A stretch of 63,580 nt of DNA, the filler included, from Reticulomyxa filosa (taxonomy: Eukaryota > Protista > Foraminifera), in the NCBI GenBank assembly GCA_000512085.1. It is 16 parts of 16 records of this genome, joined end to end, with 100 filler letters (N's around TTAATTAATTAA, not from the genome) between each part and the next. Parts side by side here need not be neighbours in the genome. Positions count along the whole stretch, not along the records: positions 48,608 to 51,468 come from ASPP01008070.1; positions 51,569 to 56,625 come from ASPP01041361.1; positions 56,726 to 61,810 come from ASPP01012745.1; positions 61,911 to 63,580 come from ASPP01026195.1; 12 more parts are not named here. The stretch is one strand, 5' to 3'. The notes under the pieces were generated by a model. It saw only the letters and a program-made list of their open reading frames with translations, was not told the DNA's origin and did not search any database. Shown here in pieces: positions 51,446-63,580 of the stretch. Position 1 is the stretch's first letter. Every line of letters begins with the position of its first letter. The position numbers were made by a program, and so were the translations under genes.

Positions 51446-53190
51446 GTTTTTTTTTTTTTTTTTTTTTTNNNNNNNNNNNNNNNNNNNNNNNNNNNNNNNN
51501 NNNNNNNNNNNNTTAATTAATTAANNNNNNNNNNNNNNNNNNNNNNNNNNNNNNNNNNNNNNNNNNNNTGTTGCAGTATCTAGTTGTTCTGCACTTTCTT
51601 TCCTTCAAAGTAAAACTTTTTCTTTCAAAAGTTATATCGATGATGAAGGATGTTAAAATGAATTTTTTTTTTTTGTTTTGTTATTTTCTTACTTTCTTTT
51701 ACTGAAGTTGTTCTTTTGGAACTAAGTTCCTTTCGTATTACACTTAGTCTTCTCACAAATCCCACAAGATTTTGTTTGGAATAATTGGATTTATTATTTT
51801 GTAATTGTTCATTCATCTTTTAAACAACCTTTTTTGTTTGATGACTTTGTTAGGTTGAGAAGCATGAGAATTGTAAGTCCGTTATTCTGATAAAAAATGT
51901 CATAATAGACATTCTAAAATTTGTGGAAAAGAAAAGATTTTGTGTTGTGTACTGTAAACATGTTGTTAAAAGAAGGCGATTTTGCGAGCAATAGAAAATA
52001 ATAAATCATTTGTTTTGTTTGTGTCATTGTTCAATTTTTTCTCAGTTTGTTTTGTTCTTTTTAACGTGTTTTTGGTATGTCTATGCGATGTGCGATTTTT
52101 TTTCCAGCTACCTTTTTCTGACCTCGCCTATTTGTTGAGAATTCAAGACTTTTTTGCAAAATGATTACTTTTGAGGAGCGGTAGTTCTACTTAGAATTGT
52201 CCTAATTAATAAAAATTCGCGAAAAGGTTAACAAGCAAAAACAAATTGCGCAAATTGGAACTGAAAACATGATAGTGCCAAGAGCCCAAGGCAGCAAGAG
52301 ATATAATATTGATAGATCGGTTGCATCAACACATGTATGCTATTAAGTCTCTTAGAGCAAGCATACAAAATGTCAGAATGGATCACAAAAGAAGAAACAA
52401 GCCAAGTTTGAAGCGTCAGCAAAGAGGCAATGTGAAATATTACCAGAAAAAATATGAGAAATTTTTTTTCTCCCTTTCCACACATCATTTGCTATATCCA
52501 TATTAATTACGCGCCATATCTCCTCTCTCCCCTTTCTAAGTTTGCTTTGTATTAAAAAACTGGCAGCTTGCTTAATGTAAAAACTTGTGACAAAACGCTT
52601 CTAGTGAAAATAATTTAAAACAATAAAAATTACAAGTGTTATTCTTTTTTAAAACACAAACAGTTGCATTTTAAATTTTGCAAAAAGAACACTCAATTCT
52701 TTTAATAGGTGTGTAAACATAAATAAAACAACAGCAAACTGAGAGGAAACTCATCTACCAAAACTAAAAAAAAAAGATTAGTTTATTTATATAAATCCTA
52801 ATCATCCCCAAATTTGAATTTTACCATCTTTACAACCTGCCACAATTATATGACCATTTTGAGAAACATCTACACACATCATAGAACAATAATAATGACA
52901 ATGCATATTAGTTGTTTTTTTTGGAAAGAAAAAAACCTTGACAGTTTTTTTGTACAGATTGCAGTGTATAAAATTTCCAATAGAAGATACAAGAATCAAA
53001 TTAAAATTTACATTTTTGCATGAGAATGAACTATGATATTATTTCCAATTTTATGTGTTCCGTAGTGAAAGCAAAGAAAAAGATTGATACTATTGTGACA
53101 TCAATCTAAACAAGAAAAGTAAAAGTATGTTTTTCGAAACGCTAAATTCCAATTGAGACAACTCCCCTCCAGGGAAAAAAAAGTAACATT

Positions 53191-53553
53191 TTACCACAAC
53201 TTGATGGAATTGACGTACTGTAAAATTTCCTTGGCAGTATCCAGTGGCGTGTTTTTATCAAAAGCGCACATCAATACCAATGGTTTGTGCAATGACTCTT
53301 CAATTTCTTCGATCAGACGTCTTGCTATGATATTGACTAAATCACTTTCAACTCCTAGGATTTGTTCAATTTTGTAATAATAATTTCCGTTTGTTGGGTT
53401 ACGCTTTGCTGTGGCGCTCACAATTTGACCAATTCTGCCTTTTTCGGTGATAATTACACAAACTCGGTCACCAAAATTCCTCGTGAGAAATTCAAACTCA
53501 GAATTCTGGATAGTTGTGGTCAACTGCTTTGTTTGTGGAAAAAGGCGATCCAT
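53191..53553 (-). CDS. PSMG3: Proteasome assembly chaperone 3 (PAC3)
   Basis: 120 aa; FPQTKQ..FGDRVCVIITEKGRIGQIV..ILG..IIARRL..KPLVL..IKLW matches PAC3 in size and motifs. Confidence 0.88.
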   Translation of the reverse strand: MDRLFPQTKQLTTTIQNSEFEFLTRNFGDRVCVIITEKGRIGQIVSATAKRNPTNGNYYYKIEQILGVESDLVNIIARRLIEEIEESLHKPLVLMCAFDKNTPLDTAKEILQYVNSIKLW

Positions 53554-53894
53554 AGAAAATCAGCTTAAATAAAATATAATGGATTTCAAATTCAAACCCT
53601 TTTTGGATTTGTCAAACGTGCCCTTTTTATTCAGATATCCCCTTATATAAACGATTAAATATTTTTTAAGCTGTTAAAATGCCATAAATTAAATACTTGC
53701 CTCAGCTCATTAGTTTAAGAAGGCAAGGGGGGGAATATTCTTGCAATTTAAGTGAAAACCTTCGACAGTAAAACTTATTAGAAGACATATGTTGTTAAAC
53801 ATTGTCAAAAAAAAAGTAAGCAACTCAAACAAGGAATGGACTAAAAAAATAACGAATTTTGTGTTTTCTTTGAATAAAAATAAAATAGCTGTTT

Positions 53895-55367
53895 TCAACT
53901 TTTTGGAAATAATGAAACACTGGTAAATCCGACAGTAACAAAATCATTATTTCGTGGACTTCGGATCAAAACTTTGTTATACTCTTCTTCGTCGACCTCT
54001 TTTGTACTAAATCTTGGAGTCGTTAATTCTTCATGAATACTTTGCGGAACAATTTTTGATCTTGGAGAAGGAAATGTAAGTGAAAAAATGGAGCCATCAG
54101 ATTCTGACTTCATAGTATTGAGCAAAATTTTAACATTTTTATTGGGTTCATTATCTGGAGGTTTTGGTTCCTCTTGAACATGATGACAATGAGCTAATTT
54201 AGTAGCTGCAAATTTACGAAGTCGTTGTGCAATGTATACCATCACTCTGTTTTGTTCCATAATTGCAAAAGTCTGAATAACACAAGCGTCTGAAACTATT
54301 GCCGAGAGAAAATATATAAATGCTGTGCCTTGAACTGCATTGTGTGAAGGGCTGGTATATTTGTCTGTACAGGATCAACAAGCGCAAAAGCAAAAGTTCA
54401 GACTACACTTTGGAGGACGTATACTACAACAACAAAAAAATTAGTGGACCTTCTCGATTTTTTGTGTTGCAAGAACTCATCAAATAAACAACAAATATAC
54501 CTAAAATTAGCATAAGGCATTGTAATGTTAAGCAAAATGTAACGCTCCAAGTTGCTACACAGATGTCCGAATTATTTGGTGGATTAAACACTTGCTTGCC
54601 TTTACTCCAAAGATAAGTAAGAAAACAGCTAAAAAAAAATTTGTGAGTCAATCTTATAGACATCATAAACGAGGACATTTGGCATGCAAATCGGTTGTCA
54701 TCTGCTTTTGTTTCAGCGTTACTAGAAAGCAAAAAGCCAAATATCCCTGCACTATAACTTACTACAAATAAGTTACAAAACGCACGCATTCGTTCAAACT
54801 TGTTGTATATTTTTTGTTTCAATTTCAAAATATTGTCTGTCTTTACAAATTTGGTTTCCATTTCATTTTTTGCAAACATGATTTCTTTTGCATCCAACAC
54901 AATTGCGACACAATAATATAATATCATTGGCTCTAATGTACTGTAATAACTTAATCTAAATTTTTTACAAGAGTGAAAGTCATTCAGTACCTCCAAACAC
55001 GGAAAACAGAGAAGGAGACACCAACCGAAAAAATCCACATAGAAATGGGCTCACTGGCAAACGTTTGTCAGTGACAAATGAATTCCATGTAAACTGATCT
55101 TTCAAAAATGTTATTATTAAAAGTTCTGAAGTAATGAGCATAATCAGTGTTATTTTCCTCGTGTGTACAAGTTTTGGTAGGTAAACGTTTGATTCAACAT
55201 CAGCTTGTTTTGCACTTTGAGCATTGCAAACGGAGTGTAAAACAAAATCCACACCAAAACCAATGTTATTTGCAAGCCATTGAGAACAATTAGATCTGTC
55301 ATATGAGAGGGTCAAGCCCGCTACGAGTTTTATTTGATATTTGTGTTGTCGTTGGATTAGTGTTCAT
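53895..55367 (-). CDS. Multi-pass membrane protein, possibly class-C GPCR-like 7TM (multi-exon)
   Basis: Several hydrophobic helices in co-oriented ORFs followed by a hydrophilic tail. CQMSSFMMSI..FFSCFLTYLWSK and LMLILGIFVVY..NRE give only a weak family resemblance. Confidence 0.35.
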
Positions 55368-55706
55368 AATTTGGTTGAGAGATAGAAGATCGTTTTTTTT
55401 GTATTCGTAATTGGCTTGTGCTTCTAGCTTAGTTTCTTTTTGTTTGTTGAAGATTGGTCTTGTAAGATAAGAAACTAAAACTTTAGCGCATGAAAAAACT
55501 TTTTTTGCGAAAAGGAGAATATTCAATTTGTGGTTTGTTATAACAAAATGTTTGGTTTTGCGTAAAATAACATTAAGTCAAAAAACAAAAATAATTGAGG
55601 TAATGTACAACTGTTTTTTTTTTTGGAAAGAGGATTCATATTTTAAAAAAAACCACAAATACGCGTAAGAATCATCCCTTCAAACCACAGCGAAAAGGAA
55701 TGCCGT

Positions 55707-56492
55707 CTACCAACACAATTTCACTGATTTTACCTCAAAAGGTTCCAAATACATGGAAAAGGTGTTGCCGGTATCGGACTTTTCCAAGTGAATTTTGTCA
55801 CCTTTGATGGCGTCTTCCAACAAGTTGCAATAAAGTGCGTCCTTTATTGCCATCAAGCCATTAATCCAAACATCACATTGGCAGCGTCCTCCAAATGCCT
55901 GTTGTTTTTTTTTTTTTGTTGAAAGTTAAAAAAAAAGAATGTGGAGAAAAAGCAAAGAAGATGGCAAGAACAAAGCACAAACCTCATAAAATCTCAAGAT
56001 CAAGGAATTGTCATCTTCAGCTCGTTTGACAGTCTCTAACACCACTTGCGAAGTGGAGACTTTGAAAAGACCGATACTCTTTTTTGGGAGCTCACCTCTG
56101 GTAGGAATGGTAAGCAGAGGAGAGTTCAAAGCGTAGGCGTGGCCAATCACATTTGCACTCTGGAACGTATCTAATCACAATCCCCCCCCCAAAAAAAAGT
56201 TTTTGCATTTAAGTGTCACCATGAAGCTCGGTCTTTCAAACCACTCATCACAAAAAAAACAAAAAAAAAAAAAAGCATTTTCGCAACTGCTGTGAGGAAG
56301 TAAGGCATAGCGGAAGAAATGCTGATGAATGTCGGCCTTGTCATCAGGTCGCTTTGGAGCTCTCAGCAACGACAAGCGCAGGACATTTCCGTGGCAAGAA
56401 TATCCATATTTGCAATCGTTCAAAAGTGAGACACCAAATCCATACTCTGCAAAATCTGCCCATTTGTGTCCGACCACTTCAAACTTAGCTGC
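55707..56492 (-). CDS. MAN2C1: Cytosolic alpha-mannosidase (GH38, MAN2C1/Ams1 type), C-terminal exons
   Basis: [51 protein letters not shown]; [35 protein letters not shown]. Confidence 0.92.
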
Positions 56493-56750
56493 AACACAGA
56501 AGAGGGAGGAACAAAATATCATACATAATAAGATGGATAAGTTCGAGCAAATTCACATCACAAAAAAAAAAAAAAAAAAAAATATATATACATATATAAT
56601 TGCAATTTGTGAAAACTAACCAATANNNNNNNNNNNNNNNNNNNNNNNNNNNNNNNNNNNNNNNNNNNNTTAATTAATTAANNNNNNNNNNNNNNNNNNN
56701 NNNNNNNNNNNNNNNNNNNNNNNNNAAAAAAAAAGAAAGCTTCGAAAAAG

Positions 56751-58015
56751 ATGGACGCCGACCATCATACGACAAACATTTCCCTAACAAGCTTGTTGGA
56801 AATGGAAGAAGCAGTAATAAAGACAGATGAAGGAAGCGAAGAGGAGCAGAGACGGCAGCACGCAAGAAGCAGAAGAGAAGAAGATTGGGCAGAAGCAGAG
56901 GATAAAAGAAGAGAGGGAGGACAAGAGCCAGTGAAAAAAGGCAAGTTGTATTATCAAGTGCAGCCATACACCAAAAATGCAATGAACGAAATTTGCACGT
57001 ACTATCAAAGCGATTTGCGCAAAGCCCCGAAAGTGGTGTTTTCAGACGACTACACGAAGAAGTATCGAAGAGACGACAAAAAGGGACGCGTTGGGGATGA
57101 AGGACAAGCCAAGTGCATAGGACCATACGACCGGATCTTTGGACACGGGATATGCACGACGACCAACAATGGACAATTGATATCCGAAATGATGAGTCTG
57201 AGCGACTACAATCGCTTGTTGCTGCAAGAATTTCTTCCTTTGCAAATGCATTTACAACAAGGCTATGACGTCATCTTCCCAAGTCTTGGCAGGCAAGACA
57301 TGCAGTCAGACTATGCCAAGGCGTCGTACTTTGACCGCGACGACCCGGATAAACTTGTCGTTTTCCATAATTTAAATGCCGCCCCTTCCGCACATGCGCG
57401 TCTCTCCTCGTCGTACTTGGCTGCCATTCAAGCCCATATCGATGCTTTAAGACAATTTGCTGCGTCTGAGGAAACTATTCGAATGTTTGATATTACATTT
57501 ATTCAAGTTATATATACATATATATATATATATATGTATATATAATTATGTGTGTTTGGACAATATAGTCCCTTACGGAAAAAATACCTGACTCAACACC
57601 ATGGGATGGGCATGCCGGGGAGACAATGTTGAGTGAACACTCGAGAGATACGTTACAACGGTCGACCGAGTGGACATCACAGGGGGATTATGGCTGGATG
57701 CAAGGAATGTCAGTGAGTGACGACTTTGCGAGGACAGTCGACACAGAGGCTGTTGCCAGTGCAACGCGAAGTACTGCTGCAAACCCTTACACGTGCTTTC
57801 GTGCGGCTACTTCATTTGTCAGGCGCTCTTATTTGACCATTTTTCGATTTGTTGTTGGCTTGTGTTTGTTACTGATTGTGCAAATTATCCAAAAGGGTGA
57901 GGCATTGCAAACTACTTCTATCATGTCGGCCATCGTGGGGTGTTGCTTGGTGCTATTTTTGCTTGGTCTTGAGATACAATATCGATATTTAACAAACACT
58001 CAACGTACATTATAG
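56751..58015 (+). CDS. Hypothetical protein with a phage-type alpha/beta (possibly macro-like) domain and two C-terminal TM helices
   Basis: 264-aa exon with VVFSDDY..GDEGQAK..GHGICTT..VIFPS..HNL. Downstream ORF has two hydrophobic helices. Exon join uncertain. Confidence 0.5.
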
Positions 58016-58959
58016 TTATCCCTCACTCTTTTAAGGTTACCATTTTGCATACCATCGACTGGCCAGATATAAATCTAATTATCATTTTACACTCCATCTT
58101 TACTTTGATCTTTTTTTTTTGTAATAAAGTCGATGACCAAAATCAAAATATTAGTCACATTGCAATCCCTTTCATAAATTTTTTTTTTATAAACAAAGAT
58201 AGTTTATTCGTTTTACTTTTTTTATATTACAAATGGACAATAAATCAATTCATGTGATGTGTATCTACACAAACCACAACAAGATTTTTAGAAAAAAATA
58301 AGAAAACTTTGAAGAGATAAACGCATGCGGATATAGCGTTGTATACTTTGCTTTTACTTAAATTGGTAGTGCTTGTTTAGTTCAATTTCATTACAAAGCA
58401 AGAAAAACCTAATTCAAGGATTGAAATCCTCCTTTTTAATCATATCCTTTACCTGTTGTCTCTAAAGAGTTATACCTTTTAAAAAATAATAACTCAAAAT
58501 AACACTTGAGAGCCCAATTGTACAATTCTACAATTTGAATTGTCACATACTGATTCGCATAAAAAGTAGTCACTCATACAAAAATTTTTTTCCTGTACTC
58601 CCTTTGTAAATAAAAATTAAAGAAAAAAATTTGGATAAATCTCGGATGAATTCCGACTGTTATATTCAAATAGAAATTTGGGCAAGGTGTGCAAAAGAAA
58701 TAGAGAACACACTCGGGAAAAAAAGGCAAAGGGAATGAAAATAAATGAACAAATTGAAATAAAACACATTATTTTGTCAAAGGCACAATATTCTTAAATT
58801 CCCTTCAGCAATGCCAAGTGCCAAAGTTCAAAAATAAGAGAGAAAACAAAATGTAACACAACAAAGATTTTACAAACACACGCTTGGCACAACGTGTACC
58901 AAAAAAAAAAAAAAAGTTTTACAAAGATTTGTTTGAAAGTTTTTTTTTAAAAAAAAATT

Positions 58960-59833
58960 TTAAGTGTAACTGAATTGTTGTAACAATGGTTGTTGCAATT
59001 GAGCAGCTTTTGTTTCAAGAGTTACTGTGCTAGCGCTTTTAACGAGAGACTCAAACTGAGCTTTGTCTTGAGGGGACACTTTTTGTCCAGATATCCTGCT
59101 GGACGGACATACGTATTTATACACCACACGCAAGATGACAACAATGGCTATCGCCAACAATCCAGCGATCAATGACGCAATCCATCCTTCCAACCAATAT
59201 CCAATGTACAACAGAAGCACCAATAACCCCAATCCCACTAACAGGCTAATGACGTATGCTAATTCATTTTTTTTTTGTTCCTTTTTTTTTAAAAAAAAGG
59301 GGGTTTAAAAAAAAAACAAAACGAGATTGATTGAACGGCAAATTATTTACATACCAGAATAAGCACAAGAAGTGGAATAACGATTCAATTGTTCGACCAA
59401 GACAAAATATACATTCCATCGAATTGCGGAAAAATCTTCTTGCAAATATCGAATTTGCATTATGCTGCCAGGTGGATAGCGCCCAAATGTGGACTCATTT
59501 ACCAACATATCTCTTGTCAACATATATTCATTTTCTGATAGGTCGGCCACTATAAATCGAAACTCTAAAGAATAGTGACTTGCTCTCTGTCGACCAACAA
59601 TTAAAGCTTTTTTTTCCCCCCCCCCCAATCGACCAAATAAAAAAAATGTTGCACTAAAGGGATCGATTCTCTTAGGAAAGAAAGAAAATTTTTTCACAAG
59701 TTACCAGGGGTCTGAAGCCGCTCTCTTGGATTTGTTTCAATTTATTTGCAGCGCGCAAAAGTCGACGCATCAACAAGATTACTACTGAACATGTGATGGC
59801 GACCAACACGACGGAAAAAAATGATTCTGCCAT
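58960..59833 (-). CDS. Small membrane protein (TM, beta-rich domain, TMs; DUF3592-like layout); 3 exons
   Basis: ATG 59833, N-terminal TM, YSLEFRF..FGRYPPGSIMQIRYL, C-terminal TM pair; two GT-AG introns. Confidence 0.5.
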
Positions 59834-61147
59834 TTCAAAGCGTCAATTTTTTTTTAAAAAAGGTCGTTCGGAAGGGTAACAGTCAAGAGTCGTCAAAACT
59901 CGACAACAAAAGAAACAAAAAAATTAAATAGAAGTTGGTAAAGACTTGGAGAGAACAATACTTTAAACTGCTCATTACTTGTAATTTTAGAAGATAAGTA
60001 GTTGCTTGTAAAAAATGTGATACTAGTCAACCAAACCAATTTGCAATGTACGGTCAACTAAGTAGTTACCGTTGAAAACTTGAAGACAGTAAAACACAAG
60101 ATTACAGGAAAAATCGACAGCAAAATCCTGTTTTTCCAACTTTAGCAAAAAACTTATTAATTTATTGACAAAACAATTTAATTTAGTAATAAACAAACAG
60201 TATATCACAACTAGTGATCATAGTTGCAACGAATAATATGCACCGTGAAAAAAAAAAACTGTGATCCTTTTTAATGATCATAAGGCTTGTTGAGATAAAA
60301 GGATGTCAGATACATATCTATTAACATAATATCAAGACAGTCAACTACAAACAACACTAAAAAAACTTGCTTAATAGTATTCAATATGCTACCTTTTGAA
60401 ATGATTGTCGCATTTCTTTTTTAATTTTTATTTATTTGTTGAGAAATTAGGATGAAATGCAATAACTGTTCTTAAAGTTTTTAATACTTCAATAATGTGA
60501 ACAAAAACTCAGCGAGTTAATAGATTACGAATTCCAAGTGTCAGTAAATAGTGAATATACTAATGTATATTTTCACAACTGCTTATTGTTATCGTTTTTA
60601 ATCTTTGAATTTTTTCTTTACTCTACTGTAAAAGAAGCAAAAACAGGTTATCGCTGGCATTCTTTGAAAAACAAAATAAGTCATCAGTAAATTTTCGTAG
60701 ATTTAATTTTTAGCGTATTAGAGTATATCATAAATCATTGTGGAGATAGTGAGATGTCTGACCTACTGTAATACCGGAATTAAGCTAATATTCTTTTCTT
60801 TGGTTTATTGTGCAACGCCATATTTAAAATTTATCTTTTTTTTCCTTGTCGACATAGAACGAAAAACAATATAAATTAACACTGAACAAAGCACCCAAAG
60901 TTTTACTTTGAGCCTGAATAAGAGAGAAGAGGCAGTGGGTGATGTTCGACACAGTCTGCCCTTTGTAACCCAGAGTTGAAGGGCAAAACTTTTCGGGAAC
61001 CTGAGAGCGACCGATTCCAAACCGATCGCTTAGTTCAGATTTCTTTTTCTATATCTATTTTTTAATATTGTTTTGTCGTTTTTGTCTTTTATTATTCGGT
61101 TGTAATTTTTGAAACATTTAACTTATTCTTGTTAAGTGAATTTCAAA

Positions 61148-61677
61148 ATGACTTCTGTGGAAAAAAAATCAGATGACCGACTATATCCGTACGATTATCG
61201 AGAAGTGCACAAAGACTTAGAAGAAGGTCGGTTTGCGGGTGCATATGGATGGGATCACGCGTGTTACCACGCGATAGCCGAAAAGAAGGCGGGAGTGGAC
61301 ATGACACAATTTTATTCCAAGCGCACCAAAGTTGAATAAAAGTCTTAAAAAAAGGAGACATTATGTGAATACATATACGTGTATGTATGTGAATAATATA
61401 ATTCGAACGTTCTCTTTGGATGAATGTATTTATAACAGTAATACTTTTTGTAACAAAAAAAAAGGACGAATACTATATTCCAGAGCTGCACGAGTTGTTG
61501 GAAGAACCAAACACACAGAAGCATTGGAAGCGAATAGTAACGTTTGACCCTTGGGGAATGACGGCAACGACACCGACGATCGCAGGGACCACTGCCTACA
61601 TGAACGTCCCCGAGTTGACCCAGCTCTACTGCGACGGCAAAATCGTCAACGAAGACGGATCTGTGAACACAACCAAA
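61148..61677 (+). CDS. Urg1-type GTP cyclohydrolase II family protein, N-terminal domain (3' truncated); exons 61148-61330, 61465-61677
   Basis: GAYGWDHACYHAIA, WKRIVTFDPWG, PTIAGTTAYMNVPEL, DGKIVNEDGSVNTTK match the N-terminal extension of fungal Urg1-like cyclohydrolases. Confidence 0.75.
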
Positions 61678-61924
61678 GTTTAATTTTTTTTTTTTTTTTT
61701 TAAAAAACAAAACAAAAAAAAAAAACAGTCCCCTTTTTTTTTTTCCAAAAAAATTTGATGTACTGCAAATAATAAAGTAATAATTATAATACCAAAAAAA
61801 AAAAAAAAAANNNNNNNNNNNNNNNNNNNNNNNNNNNNNNNNNNNNNNNNNNNNTTAATTAATTAANNNNNNNNNNNNNNNNNNNNNNNNNNNNNNNNNN
61901 NNNNNNNNNNTTTTGTTTTTTGCA

Positions 61925-63580
61925 AAAAGAAATGTATGAGCAAGGACAGTAATCTGCAAGACGTTTGCCAAAGCTGGCAATTGGTTGTTCAAATATAAAA
62001 AAAAAAAAGGGGCCTTGCCGAAAAAAAATGGAAGGTGCAATGAAAACACAAAGTAAAACCACAGAAACATTATCAGTGCGGGTATTTGGCGATTCATCTG
62101 CGAACATATCTTTCCCTTCGCATTCGTCCCGAGAAATGCAAACAAGTTGCAGTATATTTACTCCGACCTGTTGCAAGAGATCTCATGCAGAAACCACAAT
62201 CAATGTGAGTGAGACAACAGAAGCAAAATGTGAATTTGCGTTCTCAGAACTTTCCAAGAACATTGAGACAATTTTAACCCTTGGACAATTTGAAACACAA
62301 TCGACCAATCAGTATGTCAATGCAACATGAAATGGCATTGAAACTGACGCAACATTGAACATGCGTGCACAATGGTTTGATACGAATGACTTGGGCGAAT
62401 GCTTTCCACGTCTCTCAAAAATACAGCAAGTGCTGCATTTGAATGTGAAACAATATCCAATCCAATTGTTATCTGGAAACAAGCAGTTATTAATTCGTAA
62501 TTTTGTGGAGTGTATCACTCCATTGTTACATAATTGATTTCGAGATGTGGTCGAATGTGTGACCGAACAATGGTACTCAAAATTATCCCGTGAAAGTCCA
62601 ATCAATGCGACGCAAATGTTGGCACATGCCATTTGTGCCACCGAAAGTGCATTTCCAAATGCAAGTCCACAAATGTTGTGATATTTGAAATGGATCGCCA
62701 TTGATAATTGTTCTCGATTGATTCCTTTGAATGACCAATTGCAAATTTTAAAAGCTGTTGTCCATTCTCCTATAAATGCAATAAAAATAAAGAATTTGAT
62801 GTATTTATTGAACTAATTGAAAAACTCTATTTTGATCAAGCTTTGGACAGCAAGCATTTGTGGTTTTTATTGGAAAAAGTGGGCTATGGTCAAGATCCAC
62901 TGGTGCAAAAGATCCTGTGTTCCAGAACACATCCAGAACAACACGCGGAAGTCGTAATGAAGGGTGTCATAACGCATTTGAAAGAAGAGTTTCTTTGATA
63001 AATGGATTTATGTGATTGAAAGACATTGGAACGAATCAGTATTCAAACGTGTGACAGGGGAGTTGTTGGGAATGATATCAAATAAGAATGCTGTGCAGTT
63101 AAACGTGCATTGCATTGTTTAAAACGCATACAAGCAAATGAAGATGCAAGAGTGGTTGTAAGAGATCTATTGAGTGAGCATGTAAATCAAGGACTTTCAT
63201 CAGATATGCTAGCTCTGTTTTGTGGGGAAAATGAAAGCAATTCATTCCAAATAAATTGGAAGCGAGTATTGAAATCGATTTTTAATTGCTATTGCAAGCG
63301 CGGATTACTTGAGGAACAATTGCGTCAATGGTGCGTTGCCACGTTCTGTAAAGAAGGTATTGATTCAACTGACTCCAAAAAAAAGACAAAGAGCCACTGA
63401 CTCCAATATTGTTACCGCTAATTTGTAAGCACTTCCCTGTCCAGTCACATCGCATCGTAAATGCTGTATTTGGTAATGATGAAGCAAAACAAAACAAAGA
63501 CGACAATACATCAATGTCAAAGTATGTACTGATTCTTTGCAATTGCTACAGGATTATCACTGCTTGCAATTGGCCAAATT
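61925..63580 (+). pseudogene. Decayed large helical-protein gene of unknown family
   Basis: One protein-like frame interrupted by stops at 61950, 62328, 62535, 62679 and 62814, then frameshifts. Confidence 0.55.

Noticed and set aside
52802-52999. WD40-like fragment (HIIVAGCKDGKIQIWG) as a gene
   Set aside because: Single isolated repeat with no convincing upstream exons; at most a remnant.
11978-61910. Regularly recurring TTAATTAATTAA palindrome in N-runs as a biological repeat or CRISPR-like array
   Set aside because: Identical 100-nt artificial contig linker with six-frame stops.
61925-62900. TGA recoding (Trp/Sec) suggested by three in-frame TGAs
   Set aside because: The same frame also has TAA stops (61950, 62814) and later frameshifts. 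TGA ends intact genes elsewhere (8245-8247) and Trp is TGG. Pseudogene decay is the simpler explanation.
1-63580. Whole window as one 'immunity island' (NLR, RNF213, OAS-like, HSPA12)
   Set aside because: These genes lie on different concatenated contigs, so co-occurrence in the window is not linkage.

Overview
This is eukaryotic, AT-rich, intron-containing DNA, not a prokaryotic locus. It consists of 16 short contig pieces joined by 15 artificial 100-nt spacers (N44-TTAATTAATTAA-N44), so neighbourhood only means something within a piece. The gene families (expanded WD40 and Kelch-like propellers, a divergent foraminiferan-type alpha-tubulin pseudogene, many pseudogenes) suggest a foraminiferan such as Reticulomyxa filosa; this is an inference. 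Recognisable housekeeping genes or fragments are importin-11, hyccin, dynactin p150-like, INCENP, PAC3/PSMG3, MAN2C1, an Urg1-type GTP cyclohydrolase and an HSPA12-like Hsp70. A Tc1/mariner relic retains both TIRs and its TA target duplication. The strongest signal is a set of immunity-like genes. (1) An NLR/STAND protein (NACHT, pentapeptide-like segment, 14 highly similar WD40 repeats with hypervariable positions) has an N-terminal RelA/SpoT-type synthetase domain with all five motif equivalents. (2) A second, ankyrin-like protein carries the start of the same domain. (3) An intronless OAS-fold protein has lost its catalytic residues. (4) An RNF213-like AAA+ fragment is present. A ~35-aa module on its own exon is shared between WD40 (N-terminal) and Kelch-like (C-terminal) propeller genes. 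All family calls come from motif recognition by eye; no searches were run.
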